Positions 13,961-27,700 of a stretch of 60,009 nt of DNA are shown piece after piece. The stretch is from Xylographa opegraphella. Lineage: Eukaryota. A program made the position numbers and the translations under genes. The DNA is taken from the NCBI GenBank assembly GCA_022813865.1, contig JALDZX010000009.1:496001-556009 (forward strand), in the 5' to 3' direction. A model generated the notes under the pieces. It saw only the letters and a program-made list of their open reading frames with translations, had not been told where the DNA came from and searched no databases. Each line of letters begins with the position of its first letter. Position 1 is the stretch's first letter.

Positions 13961-15125
13961 TTTGGGATGTGCTATAGACAATCGGTTCGACCATGGTTTG
14001 CGACAAGCACATCTGAAACGGTTCTGATTTTGAAAAGGGCTACCCAGTTCAGTATGATTGTAGACTGGTGGAAATCCCGCTACACTACCGAATTGTGATA
14101 GCGTGCATGTCATGGGATAACATCTTCGAGTACCAGACGACAAAGACGAGAAATGATCAGTTGAGTACAGAGTTCTGACAGAAAAATAAACAAGTATTTG
14201 GAGAGTGTGGGATACTTCAAACAGTTGAGGAAAAACTGCATACTGATACTTTCAACCCTGTCCCGCAGTTACGCTGTGCATAGATCGCGGTGGCACTATA
14301 TGGAGTAGGAATTATGGGTCTTACACATGAGATGTAAGCAATACTCAGATCGTGACAAGTCTGGCTGTGGCTGTTGAGATTGATTGGGGTATAATCGGAA
14401 AGGTCGCAGTCGCGCCTCCATCAAATACACTCGCCCACAAAGTACATAATGAGATCGCAGTAACGTAGTAATCGAAGCACCGTCGATAAGTATGTAGTCC
14501 TACAGTACATGACAGTGTTGGCACTCTGAATGGGAGGAGGAGCGGTACAAGATATCACATGACCGCAACGATCTGCTCGATGTGACCTAGTGCTGGCTGA
14601 CGCGGAACTAACGAGGGCTGGGTTCAGCCTCGCGGGGAGGTTGGCAAGTTGTAAGCATTCGAGCTAGGAAATCCATGCGATGGAGATGGACCATGAATGG
14701 TTCATCAATGGTAGTACTACTGTGGTACTGGGATATCGGTGCGACTGACTGTGAGAACTCGTATCGTTGACGACCTTGCTCTTCGAACAGGGTAAATACC
14801 TCCCTGTTCTATGAATCGCAAACCACACGGCTATGGTGCTGTTAGCCTTTCGAGGCTCTGAGCTTCGTGCAAGCATCTTGCGAAATTCCCGAGGTGTAGC
14901 TCGAGTCGCGCTTACTACTGTTCTTGTAGACATGTTATTTTCCAATCGCATGCGTGCAGACTAACACATGGGATGAATACACCATATATATACTCTGGCG
15001 GTCCCTTCTTTTATGAGACTTTTGATCATGCAGAGCGTTTGAGATTCTTGTCCCTATCATTCCAATCTTTCCTCTGTGTTTTCGCAGCGGCCTTCATTTT
15101 CACTTGTTCTCTTTCCTTCATCTTG

Positions 15126-16383
15126 ATGGGCATATTCGACAGCTCGCCGGCTACGTGTCCAGCACTGCCGACACCAGTCAATGGTGAGTCGCAGAGATGT
15201 TGAAGTTGGAAGAGATGTCCGAGATAATCGCTAACGATGTGTCAGATGCTGCTCCAATCTCAGGCTTCCTTACATTCAAGCAGCTGAGTATATATATCGC
15301 GGGGCCGTTCATGGGCTTTGCCTGTCTCATCTCGCTCGGCTTGATGTTCCTTCATGCCACGCATTTGAGCAATCCGGGTGAACAGACCAAGTAAGATTTT
15401 CCCGCTATAAGTCTTGTATGATACGCTGATGACCGCTAGAATAATCCGCATTACTGCTCTGATCCCAATCTATGCCATAATACAGTTTGCCAACATCTAC
15501 CTTGGCGCTTCTGCGGTTTACCTTCTCCCATGGATGAATGTCTGCGAGTCAATCGCCTTGATTAATTTTGTCCTGCTTATTGGCGATTACCTTTCACCGA
15601 GTGTGAAGAGCCAAAATGGATACCTCGATGTGCATGGGCGCTACTCTGCGAACGGCGTTTTGGGCGAAGCTCCTGTTGGATCCCAGGTATGTCTCCTTGA
15701 CCGGCTGTATCATTGACACAGCTAACGTTCAATAGAAGGTCTGCCGGTTAGCCAGCCAATATATCGCTGTGGCTACACTCGTAGCGCTTATTACCGACAT
15801 CACGCAAGCTACGGGAATTTACTGCAACAACTCAAACAGCGTCCATTTCGCTCACATTTGGGTAAGGCTCACTTAGGCGTCAGTCATGCCCAAGCAATGG
15901 AGCCTTGCTAAGTCGTGGATAGCTGACGATCATCCGCGCCATTTCCGCTGCCGCTGCTGTTCTCGCTATTGTAAAATTCACGATGGCGCAGAAACCTAAT
16001 CTTCCCCGCCACAGGATCATGTTTAAGCTTGTAGCTTTCAAGCTGATCGTCTTTCTCAACTTTCTGCAAACGGTAAGGCATCCCGAGATAACCTACGGCT
16101 CCAGACTAACAATCCTCAGATTGTGTTTTCCTTTGCCGGAGCCAGTTTCACCCCCTCTACCACATTTTCCTACCTCGACATGACCGTTTCACTTCCTGCC
16201 ATTATCTACTGCTTGGAAATGGTGATATTCTCTGTTCTTTTTCACATTGCATATAGCTTTCGACCCTACGTCATCAAGCAACCGAGCAATTCATCCTACC
16301 AAGGCGGTATGTTGGGCATCTTTGGTATTGTGGCCGCTTTCAATCCTGTGGACCTTGCGCACGAAATTTTCGATGAACTATAA
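15126..16383 (+). CDS. Organic solute transporter OST-alpha / TMEM184 family membrane protein; exons 15126-15183, 15246-15390, 15440-15686, 15736-15861, 15923-16072, 16120-16383
   Basis: Motifs HATHLSNPGEQTKIIRI, IPIYAI, YCNNSNSVHFAHIW, KLVAFKLIVFLNFLQ and CLEMVIFSVLFHIAYSFRPY. Five canonical introns keep the frame. Confidence 0.85.
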
Positions 16384-17264
16384 GATATTGCGGGGCGAAA
16401 GGAGTGGGGCCACCCGAATGAAAATATGTTTGGAGTTTGGGCGTGTCCGACTATCTGTATGTCTTTGGAGATTAGCTTTCGATAGCGGGTATAAATGCTA
16501 AATTCGTAAATTGATTGACAGACTATATGAGTCAAATAGGTCGTTTATGTTGATTGATACATCGTCCAGCTCAAATATGGCAGAATGTGAAATAAGTCGG
16601 AGTGATAAAAAACCAGTGTCAGCGATACTCCCCAGTAAACATTCGCAGCTATGTCATTGCTATCAAATATACGAAACACGGAAAGATAAGGTACAATAAC
16701 CCAGCTTTTTGCTATTCTAACGCCAGATCACTAGAGCAGCTGCAGGTCAAAGTCGGCGTTGAGATTTGGCCTACCTAAGGTACGGATACTGGTACTATCT
16801 TCCGTCGCCAACCAAGAGCACGTAGATCAGTAAGAGGATTCCCAGGGCTTGAATGCCAATGATTGAGCATCATCCAGAAGCTGATGTCCAATGGCCCTCG
16901 GCCTCCGCCCTGGGCCCGACGGAGGCCATTATTATCGCTTCAGAAAGATTCCTACCTAGCCGAGATTTGGGCGCTACGGGACAGTAGGGCACGGCTACCT
17001 TAGCTTCACCTAAGCCCTAATTTAGCTCTTCAGCCCCAACGCCCTAGCATACGGCGTCCAAACGGGTCCTCGATCCTCTTCGTGGTCCTGGTGCGTTATA
17101 CAAGATGTGCTCCCCAATACTGATCATGCCTACCTCGCTTTACTTCTGTATAATCATGTTCTCACCGACCTCGCCCTCGAATCCCGGGTCGATCTCTGCT
17201 TCACTTCTCCCACCACACGTTGCCACGAACTCTCGCCTTCCGTCTCAGAACCAACTTCAGTACC

Positions 17265-18970
17265 ATGCCAAATCCTGGGCACAGAAGTCGTGGCTGTCAC
17301 TCTTGTCGCAAGATGAAAATCAAGTGTGATGAGGTCCATCCAGCCTGTGGCCTCTGCACACGTGCCGGTCGAGCCTGCCCCGGCTATCGCGAAGAGAGTG
17401 ACCCCTTTCGCTCCATGAATTCATTTTCCGAGAGAAAAGTGCGCTGCCAAAAGCCTTCAAAAGGCAACCGCAGATCTACAGCTCGCGTCTGCCTGACGGA
17501 GACTACTGAAGATTCTCTAATACATCGTCCGTCGTGCTCCTTGAAACCTCCTGTTATCGCACCAAGGATGTCTACGGACTGGGTTGAACAGTCAATTTCC
17601 TTCTTCTTTAATAGTTGGATGCTTCCCGAGACCGTGCAGACGAATCGAGGCCTCTTCAATTACTTCCCGGCAATGTATGCTGCGTCTTCGTCTGTTTGCT
17701 TTACGGAGGCAGTCTCAGCCGCTGCGCTAGCCTATATGGCCAATACATCCAGCATTGACCGGCTGAACATAATGGCCCAAGAATCGTATGGTCGAGCATT
17801 AGCGGGTATGATGGTAGCGATGAGTAAGAAAGACACTGCGACGAGTGATGAGACATTGGCCGCTGTGGCTGCGTTATCGGTCTATGAGGTATGTACTGTA
17901 CTGCACTCTCTGCACCTGATCCTTGTCTTTCGATTTCATTCATATCTCTGAATCATTTTACCCGGAGCCTTCCCTCGATATGCACGGTTCTTCTCCTAAC
18001 ATAGAATCAGGGAATCTCGGGTCGGAAAAGTCGAGGCGAACCCTTCACCTTGCATCGCCTAGGCATGTCCACCATCCTCAAGCTTCGCGGTCCTGATCAG
18101 TTCCGTACTCGGTTTGGCCGTGATGTATTTGTAACCATCAACAGATTCCTGTTGTGGAAGGATCTTCAGGAAGGACGGCGGCCTACTCTTGGCTTGGCTG
18201 ACTGGCCAGTTGGACTTCACAGCAACCCGACTGTTGAATCCTCGGCACGGATAGCAGTGCGAGTTGCAGACGTGTGCGGCCGCACTCGGGAGGCAGCTGA
18301 GGTTGCACATTCTGACCGGGATTCGGGATGGATGCAAAGGTTGGAGATACTCATTCAAGATGCACTGGATCTCAACCAGGAGGTACAAGAGCAGCTCGAT
18401 AACCCGCCAAAGGACTGGCGCTGGTGGTCGCTGCCCGTTCTATGTCGGAAGGCCTCCGCTTCCAATAAAGACTCCAAGTCGAACGACAGTGACGATGGGC
18501 AATCCTCGTCAGCCACGATTCCCTCACGCATCGATATCTACCCCTCACCCACCATCGCCACCCACTGGAACACCGTTCGCGGTAATCACTTGGCCATCTT
18601 CAGCGCATTCCGAACCCTCTCTTTTCTCACGCGCCAGTGCCCCTCATTCGTTTCCCCAGCCTTACCCTCTTTGGCCGACCTTCATAAAATGCTCAACGCG
18701 ACCATCACCGATATCTGCGCTTCGATCGTATTCCTGGTAGGCGATGTCGACGCTTCAGGCACACTTTCTGACACCGGCACTCGAATCCAAGGAGGCCATG
18801 TCCTAGCGTTGATCTGGGTGCTACATCTGATGTGCGGGAGCGATGGCTTGAAGCCTGGCTTGAAAGCGTGGATGCTCAAGGTACTGGCGCGGTTGGGGAC
18901 GGCTGGTGGAGTTAGACAGGCACTAGATTTAAGGCGGTTGCACTCAGAATCGACGCCGTCCAAGCCGTGA
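17265..18970 (+). CDS. Zn(II)2Cys6 fungal transcription factor; exons 17265-17888 and 18011-18970
   Basis: GCHSCRKMKIKCDEVHPACGLCTRAGRACPGY zinc cluster. Middle region YGRAL...SDETLAAV..LSVYE / HRLGMSTILKLRGPDQF. Intron GTATGT...CTAAC...CAG. Confidence 0.92.
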
Positions 18971-19394
18971 AGACTGACTTGAAGCGCTCTAGCTGACGAG
19001 CTGGACGTGGCTGGGTAGATAGAGACGAAGAGAGAGAACTTGAGTCCTGGGTGCGTGGACGAGAACGAGGAGATGAGGCCATGATAGCGCGAAACTTTGT
19101 CAGGAAAGATCAGCCGAAGAAGGAATACACGAGGGGTGCCGGGAAACCGGAATTCGTTCTTCGAAATGGTACCTATGCCTGCTCTTCTTCGTCTTTTCCC
19201 CAACTGACCAAGTATATTCCACAATGGTACACTGGCGGCTTACTGAATCCGAAACCTGTTAAATTTCACCTGGGGTTATCCTGTTATATATACGTCATTC
19301 AAGATATTCTATCTGTTCAACTATGGATATCGAGTTGGCTCAAAGCGGCCTTCCCGTTTTTAAAAATTACGGAGTCACAACGACGGCCGCCCCC

Positions 19395-20384
19395 TCACTC
19401 CTTCTCCTCCAATCCCTCTCCTTTCATAGCCCTCATCCCTTCCACCGCCCTCTCCTTCCACTCCTCCCGCCACCGACTCAACGGCGGCCTCTCCCGGACC
19501 ACATCCCCCACCGCCCACAACATCCGCCGTCGATCCGTATCGACACTAACGTCATTATCCGGACATAGCACATAAAACACCCCGTCGGCCATCTTCTCCT
19601 CCAGGAACGCCGCCACCTGCTCCGGCGCCCACGCACCGACGGGCTTCTCCGCTGCGTGCGTGCCGCCCGTCAGGCTTGTGTACGTCCACCCTGGGATGAG
19701 CAGGTGCACGCTGGTGTCAGTGGAGCGCATGTCGTAGGACAAGTGCTCGGCAAGCGTTTTGAGTGCTGCTTTGCTGGCGTTGTAGGCGGGGTTGCCTGGC
19801 GGGTTGGTGATGCCTTGCTTGGAGCCTGTGAGGACGATGGCGGTGGGCGCCGGGGAGGGACGCATTAGGGGGAGCACGCTGGCGAGGCCGTGAATGACGC
19901 CGTAGAGATTCGTGTCGAGGATCTGTATGAGGAAGGAAAGGCGGCGTTAGTTGTTATGTGCGTGGGGTCGGTGTTGGGGTCCTGCAGGGTGGGAGCTTCG
20001 AGGCCTTCCGTTTATGTTCTTGCTCCCTCCAAGCAGTCCTCGACGCACCTTGCGGAAATACTCCACGTCCTCCCACCCGCCATGGACGCCGACCCCTGCG
20101 TTCAGCATCAGGAAATCCACGCCCCCGAAGCGCTTCTCCACCGTGGCCTTTACATCCTTCCACTCCTCCAGCTTGCCGACATCTATCTCGTACGTCTCTA
20201 CCGCCGCCTTCGCCGTCTCCTGTAGCGAGGACTTGGCCTTTGCAAGGCTTGCCGCGTTGTTGTCGAGCAGCGCAAGGTTCATGCCGTGGCTGGCGCAGAG
20301 CCGCGCGACGGCGAGGCCGATGCCGGAGGCGCCGCCGGTGATGAAAGCCGTGGCGCCGGGGTGGAAGACAGGGTGGGAAGGCAT
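19395..20384 (-). CDS. Short-chain dehydrogenase/reductase; exons 20384-20049 and 19922-19395
   Basis: TGGASGIG, LNAG, TGSKQG and catalytic YNASK. Intron 20048-19923 (GTGCGT...CTAAC...CAG). Confidence 0.92.
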
Positions 20385-21474
20385 GTCGGAGGTGGTTGGG
20401 GGTGTATGAGATGTGAGGTGGGCGTGGGGATACGGGGAAGTGGGGTTCGAGGTTGAGTAGATAATATACCAGATCAGGTTAGTGTTGAAACTATATCATA
20501 ATATTTCCCACCACCAGAACAGCGATATGAGATATCGTAGCTGTCTACATCTTTTCGTTCGTAATGGAGTGCATCTGCTACCATTGCGCCCGGAGCTGGC
20601 TCCCAAGCTTCACTTAGAATGCTAGGAATTCAACCGCTCGGTTCATCTCATCAGAGCCCACCTCAAACGAGCCTGACCCTGCTATGAACTATCTGAAGAC
20701 CTACACAGCCTCACAGCCACAGCAAGTCCGCGCGAATACCATCAACCCCCCTCAGATGAGCATAGTACTGGCTCATTCGACGCAAAGCTCGTATCCCAAG
20801 CTCAGATGACCCGCTCTATCAGCACCGTCAATCTTTGCATGGCGGCAGCCATAATCCACCATGCGCCAGCTCTTTATATAATCCCGCCAATAAAAAATGC
20901 TCTCTGCTGCACGCAGATTTTTGCATAGACTACAATCTTGTTCAACTCATAAAATGCAGCATCATCTGTATTTGAGGTTCCTTCTCTGAACCCACGGAGA
21001 TCAAGCGCGTTCTCTCAAATGACTGATGCTCCGGGATCTGGAAAGTCCTCGCTGGCGCCCGCCCAATTCACTTATGTACCATTCATTAAGGTACTATAAA
21101 CCGTTTGTGTTGAGGCAGTCATGCAATTCCGAACTATTTCTGAATGAAATGCCAAAACGCGAGAAAGCATTGACCTTGCCAAGTGGGCTGTCAATGTCTG
21201 CGTCTGTCAATCTCACTTTGATGTTCCTCAAATATAATTTTATTTTCGAATACGCATTTTCTAGTATTTTCTCCGCCTATGTACTCTCTTATGAGAGCGC
21301 TCTGCGATCTATACAATTACAGTAAAGCCATCAAGCTTTCCACAGCCATTGTGGTGAATTGCGTTACCCAATTCCTGGGCGTGCAAGCATAAAGCTTAGC
21401 GTGACCGTGACTTCATCCAATGCAACTCCTGCGATAGTCCAAGAAACTAATAAGTGCGATGAAAGTGTCCTGGA

Positions 21475-22473
21475 TCAATCAGTATCCATCCTATCGTCTG
21501 ATTTCGACAATTGGAAATCTGGCACTGTGAGACCGAATTCCCTCCTATCGCTTTCCACAAACATGGGCGTTCGATGAGCTTTGAGAATCTCTTCCGACCC
21601 ATAGACAATGGGAGTAATTTTCAAATTCATGATACAGTCTTTCCAGGTCTGGGCAACGAATCGTCCTTCACTGAGGTCCTCGCTGAACAAGAAGAAGCTC
21701 CCTGAACCTGCCATGTCTGCTTTCCCAAGATACGCTTGATGCGCCTCCGATTTCATCAGAAGGTGAACGTTCGCCAAGTCATAATAGTGATTCTCAATGT
21801 ACTTCGCCCAACCTTTTGCTGCCGCTTGGGTATCTTTCTCTTCGCCAATCGATTTCCAGCCCACACCTAACAAGAGCGACGCGGCATCATAACAAAGATC
21901 TGAGGATGATTGAGAATCCAGACTAATATTATCGGGGCTTGGCGACGACGATGAATGGAAAGCCGGAGGTAAGTTGTCAAGACGCAAACTCTTCTTTGGT
22001 CGAATTGAGACGTTCCCAGCAGTCTGAGCGACCGATTCTGCCGCTTTGATCGATGCTTGACGCTCAATCTCTAGATTCTCTTCGTACCACGTGCCTGTTT
22101 GAGTCTCGGCCGAAATTGCCCTACCCGTCGACGCGTTAATAACAGTCATGCCCTCACTATACACGAGCCGCTCTGGCATTGGTTCATGAGGTGTAATAGG
22201 ATTGCTCATAGTGAAAGGACTGGATTGATCGCTATCAGCTTCATCGCTGTCGACCTCGTCGCGCGATCGCTTGAACGATGGATTGGTGGTAAGGACTGGC
22301 TTGGACGAGGCAGCTGGTGTCCACTCAGATGAATGAGATGGCTGAGGTTGAAATGGATAGGCTGACATTTGCTGCTGATGTGAATGATGAGATACTGGAG
22401 TAAATGATTGATGGTGAGAAGGCAGGAATATGGTGGGCGAGTCGGAATAATCGTTATATCTGAGGGAACCCAT
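21475..22473 (-). CDS. Conserved fungal hypothetical protein (332 aa)
   Basis: Intronless ORF from ATG 22473 (MGSLRY), preceded by a pyrimidine-rich leader. Conserved-looking blocks SAETQTGTWYEE, LGVGWKSI, AAAKGWAKYIENHY and FFLFSEDLSEGRFV. Confidence 0.8.
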   Translation of the reverse strand: MGSLRYNDYSDSPTIFLPSHHQSFTPVSHHSHQQQMSAYPFQPQPSHSSEWTPAASSKPVLTTNPSFKRSRDEVDSDEADSDQSSPFTMSNPITPHEPMPERLVYSEGMTVINASTGRAISAETQTGTWYEENLEIERQASIKAAESVAQTAGNVSIRPKKSLRLDNLPPAFHSSSSPSPDNISLDSQSSSDLCYDAASLLLGVGWKSIGEEKDTQAAAKGWAKYIENHYYDLANVHLLMKSEAHQAYLGKADMAGSGSFFLFSEDLSEGRFVAQTWKDCIMNLKITPIVYGSEEILKAHRTPMFVESDRREFGLTVPDFQLSKSDDRMDTD

Positions 22474-23749
22474 TGTGAGGAATAAGTGAGAGGAGGAGAT
22501 GGCTGGCAGCCCTCGAAGTGGAAGGTGCAATGGTAATTTAACGGTGGTGGACGAGAGTATGAAGATAGGAAAGTGTGAAGAGAAGAGGATGGAGGAAGGA
22601 TGGAGCTGAGCGATAGGTGGAAGGGTCCTTCTCAAGAAAGCGGCACCAATGGCGCAGATAGCCGCTAAGGATGCGAGTAACCCCAGCCACCATCTGTGAT
22701 TGGACGGCAAGTCTGGGGAACCCTGACGATGATCAGCGTTTCCCGAGCGCAATCGTCGCCGTCCCCTGACCGGAAAGAGCTTGGGCTTGATGGATGATTC
22801 CGTGCAGCAACATCAAGGACATCACAAGCATCCCAAGAGTCAATGAAGCGTGAACATGGAGTCTCGATCATATCATCAACTTAGGTAGGAAATCTACAGT
22901 GCCGGTCTTTCATAATCCCAACGGGCTACGTTGTTGTTACTTGATTGTCCACGCTTGCGCTCCCAGTAGCAAATTGATAACAACCTATACTCAGCTCATC
23001 AGTATAAAACCTGTGGCGAATGCAAGCGTGGTGTGTGCGAATAAAGTGAGCGGTATCTGATTAAGACCGAGTAATTCAGTGGATTTTGCGATCCCGAGCG
23101 AGTGGCCCATGGACATCAGAACCAAATACCATACGGCACTACCACCTTTGTGGCGAAACCATCTGGAGGCTTAACAGAACCGCTTTGCAGTGGGAAGTGC
23201 AGCCTTAGCGTCCAAGAAATTCCTCTAGCGTAAACAGGTAACCTACACGAGCAAACAAGACTACGCGCATCGGAAGTTAAGGAGACGGTTGGGGAGCAGT
23301 AGAATTCGTAGCTTGGAAGAAGTACAGTGTAGTTCTGAGGCAAGATGTACTCCTTGTGTGACCAGTAAAGTCCAGAGGTTATTGGATCATGCTCCTACTG
23401 CGTCGAACTACCAATATTGTAGAGTACTATTTGATGAAGCAAGGATAAGCACCCACTCCACGAGCGGAGGTTATGGGACTGTGGTACTGATTGACAGACA
23501 ACGATTCACAAAGTTATCGGCTTGGACCTGTGGCCATGCGCAAACAATTCAGAGTTGTGTTGAAGACCTTCCTGTGATATCTCCTTCTCCGCACTGCGAT
23601 TAAAACTCTCAGGGTCATAAAAATAGCCTGTGAAGCCTTGCGAGAGACGACTCATATTGTTCACTATTTGCATCATCCAGCATAAACTAGCAAGCGCTTG
23701 GCATGCATGGTCAATTCGATAGCCACCAGTACCTTACCGTCCGATTGCT

Positions 23750-24375
23750 TCAAAACCCTAGCACGAGTCAGCACAGTCTCACAACCACTTGGTAAGATAT
23801 CCTCACTTAATGGAGTAAAAAACCATCGGTTCTTCCCACTTGTGTATCGTTCCTCCAGTGCCTTCTTCACAGTTTTCTTGGCATCCTCCCTCTGCGAAAC
23901 TTCCTTGAAAGTATCATTCGTAACCACTCCCTTCAGACCCTCCAGCTCCAACGTGTATCTCGTTGGCATCAGATGGTTGTAATTGATCGTCTTGATGAAT
24001 GGCTTGACCTTGCTGCGTTTGGTCTGTCTGGTTTTGGACATGCGACGTGTGATGGAAGATGGGTAGCGTTCAATGCCGGCGACAAGGGCGTGGGGAAAAG
24101 GATGCGATTTAGAACCAGTGTCTAAGGGTTGAATAATAACAACCTGAGCAGACAAGAGTATTAGTATACATTACAGGGAGATTGATCGCCTGTAACAGAA
24201 GCTTTTGACAACTCTCCAGATCCTGTGTGATTTGAATACACTGGCGGGTTCGGCTACCTTCTTGCCTGCATATCTACCCCTTGTGATAATCGCAACTCTG
24301 CCGACCTTAAGGACTAACGAGATCCTATTAGCAAGGCTTCGCAATCAGTCTAGGTCACTAATTCTTACACTTCAT
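23750..24375 (-). CDS. RPL27: 60S ribosomal protein eL27; exons 24375-24369, 24313-24258, 24143-23807, 23757-23750
   Basis: Spliced product [27 protein letters not shown]...[22 protein letters not shown]...[12 protein letters not shown]. Confidence 0.96.
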
Positions 24376-24759
24376 CGTGGTTGTTGCCCGTGTCAGTTGT
24401 TAGTAGAACAACTTGAAGTTACTCAAATGTGTGGATGGTGAAAATGGTTCGCGTAAGTATTGGCTGGATAAGCGAGAGTGCGCTTGCTTTATCGAGAAGG
24501 CCTTGGCACTTCAATGTTTACATTGGCTAGCGGCTAATGTTTATCCTCAAGAACGATATCCCATTGACTTTACAAAGATTCTCTCAGAGATTCACCAAAG
24601 AAGCAAACGCGCTACAGCGTCTAGGAACACGACTTTCCTTGCCAGCAGCTAATGTCATAGCCAACAAAAAGTTATACCCATGCTTTAGGGTTCTGGTCGC
24701 ATTTCCTGTCGCATTCCTCATATCAGTGACACCTCAGTAGCCAACAGCAACTGTTGACA

Positions 24760-27700
24760 ATGTCATCAACTGACGGGGAAGGGTCTCGTGACCAAGATAT
24801 TAGCCTCAAGCATCAGTCTTCGTTCTCGGATTCTGGTCGTTTCTCGATTCCGATGTATGGGTTCTCTCCTTTAAACTGCGTTTTTGGCGACGAAATCTGG
24901 AAAAGGATAACTTATCGTATGACTGAATGACGCTAACATCTCGTCTTCGAAACCTCAGGTGGGATAGTTCTGACCCTGATCGTGCTCCACCTCCTCTGCC
25001 CTTGAACCCCGGTTCGTCAAGCCCGATCACTAGGCCCAATACTTCAGCAAATGTCGCTGCCGCCGCCGAAGCTTTCGCGGCGAAGGCCCGCGAAAGCACG
25101 TACACAGTCAATCCTATGCCGACCAAGTCTCCCGAGAGGTCCTTGATCAAAGGACAATATCATAAACGGTTACAGTCTATACACAATCCGAGTAGCAATA
25201 ACATCCGAGACCTCAGCAGCTACTTAGATAATCCGAGGTCGCCAGACAAATCCCCGGAAAAAGTTTCAAGAACTCCCTTCGAAAACGAGAACCGGTCTCC
25301 TGACAGGAGCCCTACCCGATCAGGGACACCAACTCCAGGCGGGAGAGACATGGGACGCGACATACCAAATTTAAGGCCTACGCGGCCGCCTCCCAAAGCG
25401 ATCCTAGGAGAAAACACTCCTCAATCTGCAACTATGCTGGCTCTACAGAATACCCCCACGCCCAAAGACAGAGATACGCCTCTTCAAGATATCACCAATG
25501 GGTCCACTGCCCTGGTGCGAACACCTCATTCTTTCGACGCTATATCAACTCAAATTTTGAGTCTCACGGGAATCGCAACAAATTTGCAGCGTGAGATGGC
25601 TCAATTAAGTAGACGAAGTAAAGACAACGCAACCGATTTGATAAGTCTCAAAGAGGCAACGAATGCACGGGACGAAGACATCCGTAAAAGCCTTCGTGAC
25701 TTAGTGTCGAATCTTCAATCTCAGTCAATCGCAGATCATACCCCTCGTATTGCAAATCAATACTTGAGAGGTGCTGGTTCATATCTAATTGACGACAAGC
25801 CGCACATTTCTTCTATTGGAATGGCAAAAAGTGTTTCGCTCCCCAGAATACCCAGTCCGACAAGTTTCGCCGCCACTATTGAGCGCGAAATTGCTAACTC
25901 TCCTTCTCCGTACTCACTAGATGGAGCAGCAAGTATTGCATTGTTGGAGAAAATTCTTCGTGAAATGGGTACAAAAGAAGGTCAAGAGCGCCTTATTTCG
26001 TCTCTTTCAGAAATCAAAAACAGAACACCTGCCAAAGAGTCGGATTCAGCAGTCACAAAGAAGCTGGAGGAAATATTAGCCTTTCTCAAGGATGACTCCA
26101 ATAGCCGTGCCCTTATAACACGAAGGGATTATGGTAACGGAGTTGGCGACCGACCTCCGAAGCTTGAGTTGGACTTCGAAAATTCGAGCCCAATCCCCGT
26201 CGCCCAAACCTCTCGGAATATCACACCTTATGGGGATTTAAGCGGAGCAACAGCAGAAGACAACCGTAGACCCCACCCAGCCGCGAAAGGTATTGATTTC
26301 ATTAGTGAAGATATCCTCAAGCTTCTCAAAAGAATGAAGGATAGCATTGCTGAAGGTGGTGGTATGTCCGCCGAGATCAAGGCTTTGGTACGTGAACTAC
26401 GAGGAGAAGTTTTAGGCATGGGTCGTGAAATTGGCCGCAAGCTAGATCAAGCGGAGTCGACGCAGAAGCAGTCAAGTTCTAGAAATGATGCACGCGGTCC
26501 TGGTAGAGACGAAATCACAAGAATTGTTGAAGACGGTCTAGCTCAGCTGAAGGAGCACATGGATCGTGTCATGCAGGAGCGTAGACGTCAGTCTTCGTCA
26601 TCAGCCGTATCGCGAAGCACTATCGATAGTCAAGAGGTATATCTTGCAGTCAAGAACGCGCTAAACGAGATGCCTATTCAACAGCAGGTCGCTGTTCAAC
26701 AAGGAGGTTCTGGTATTGAGAGAGAAGAAATCCTTGAAGCAGTACGGGAGGCATGGGAGACGTACAAGCCAGAGATCGAACTCCAGAACTTCGGCTTGGA
26801 ACGCGACGAGATATTGCAATGTCTAAAGGAAGGCCTACAGGAATATCAGCCACAAGAGCAATCTAAAGAACTTGGTGGTGCAAGTTACGAAGAGGTACTG
26901 GAAGCTGTGCAAGAAGGGTTGAAGAAATTCCACCCCCCACCCGTGGAGACTGAAGCCTCCGTGACTAGGGAGGAAATTCTGATAACTGTGCGCGAGTGCC
27001 TCGAGTCTTTTGAATTCCCAAATGCGAACCATGGCCGGGATCGGGAGAATGAGATCACAAGGGAGGATGTTCTTGATGCGATCAAAGAGGGTCTATTAGC
27101 CCAAGCACCAATAGCACGAGAGATTGAGTTCAATCGAGACGACCTTTTTGACGCCGTCAAAGCGGGTCTTGAGGGTGCACCAACACCGATGGCTGGCGTT
27201 GGCGAGCAGGTTTTGGACAAGATACAAGACCTCATTGACGGAATGAGAGGCGAATTCAAGCAGTATTCCGCAGCAAATGGCAGAGATACTGAACAGGTAC
27301 TAGATGCCATGAAAGATGGGCTGGAAGTACTTCGAGCCGGTATAGAAACATATGTGGACCGCGCTGCCGATGTGACAGGGAAGGATGAAATCATCGAAAC
27401 AGTCAGAGATGGACTTGAGCATCTTAGAATTGACCTTGAAGGCTCTATTGCAAGGGCGCCTCGTGATACAAATAATACTGACAACGGAGAATTGCTCGAC
27501 GCGATGGAGAAGGAATTCGAGCACCTTCGACAGACAATCGCTACTTCGATCGTGCATTCAGGTGCACCGGATGTTGACAAGGACGAGATTTTGGACACCA
27601 TCAGAGATGGCCTTGACGAGATCAGGCGTGACTTGCCACCCAGAGAATCTGAGACCATATCCAACACGTTTGCAACACTGAAAGAAGAGTTTGATCATCT

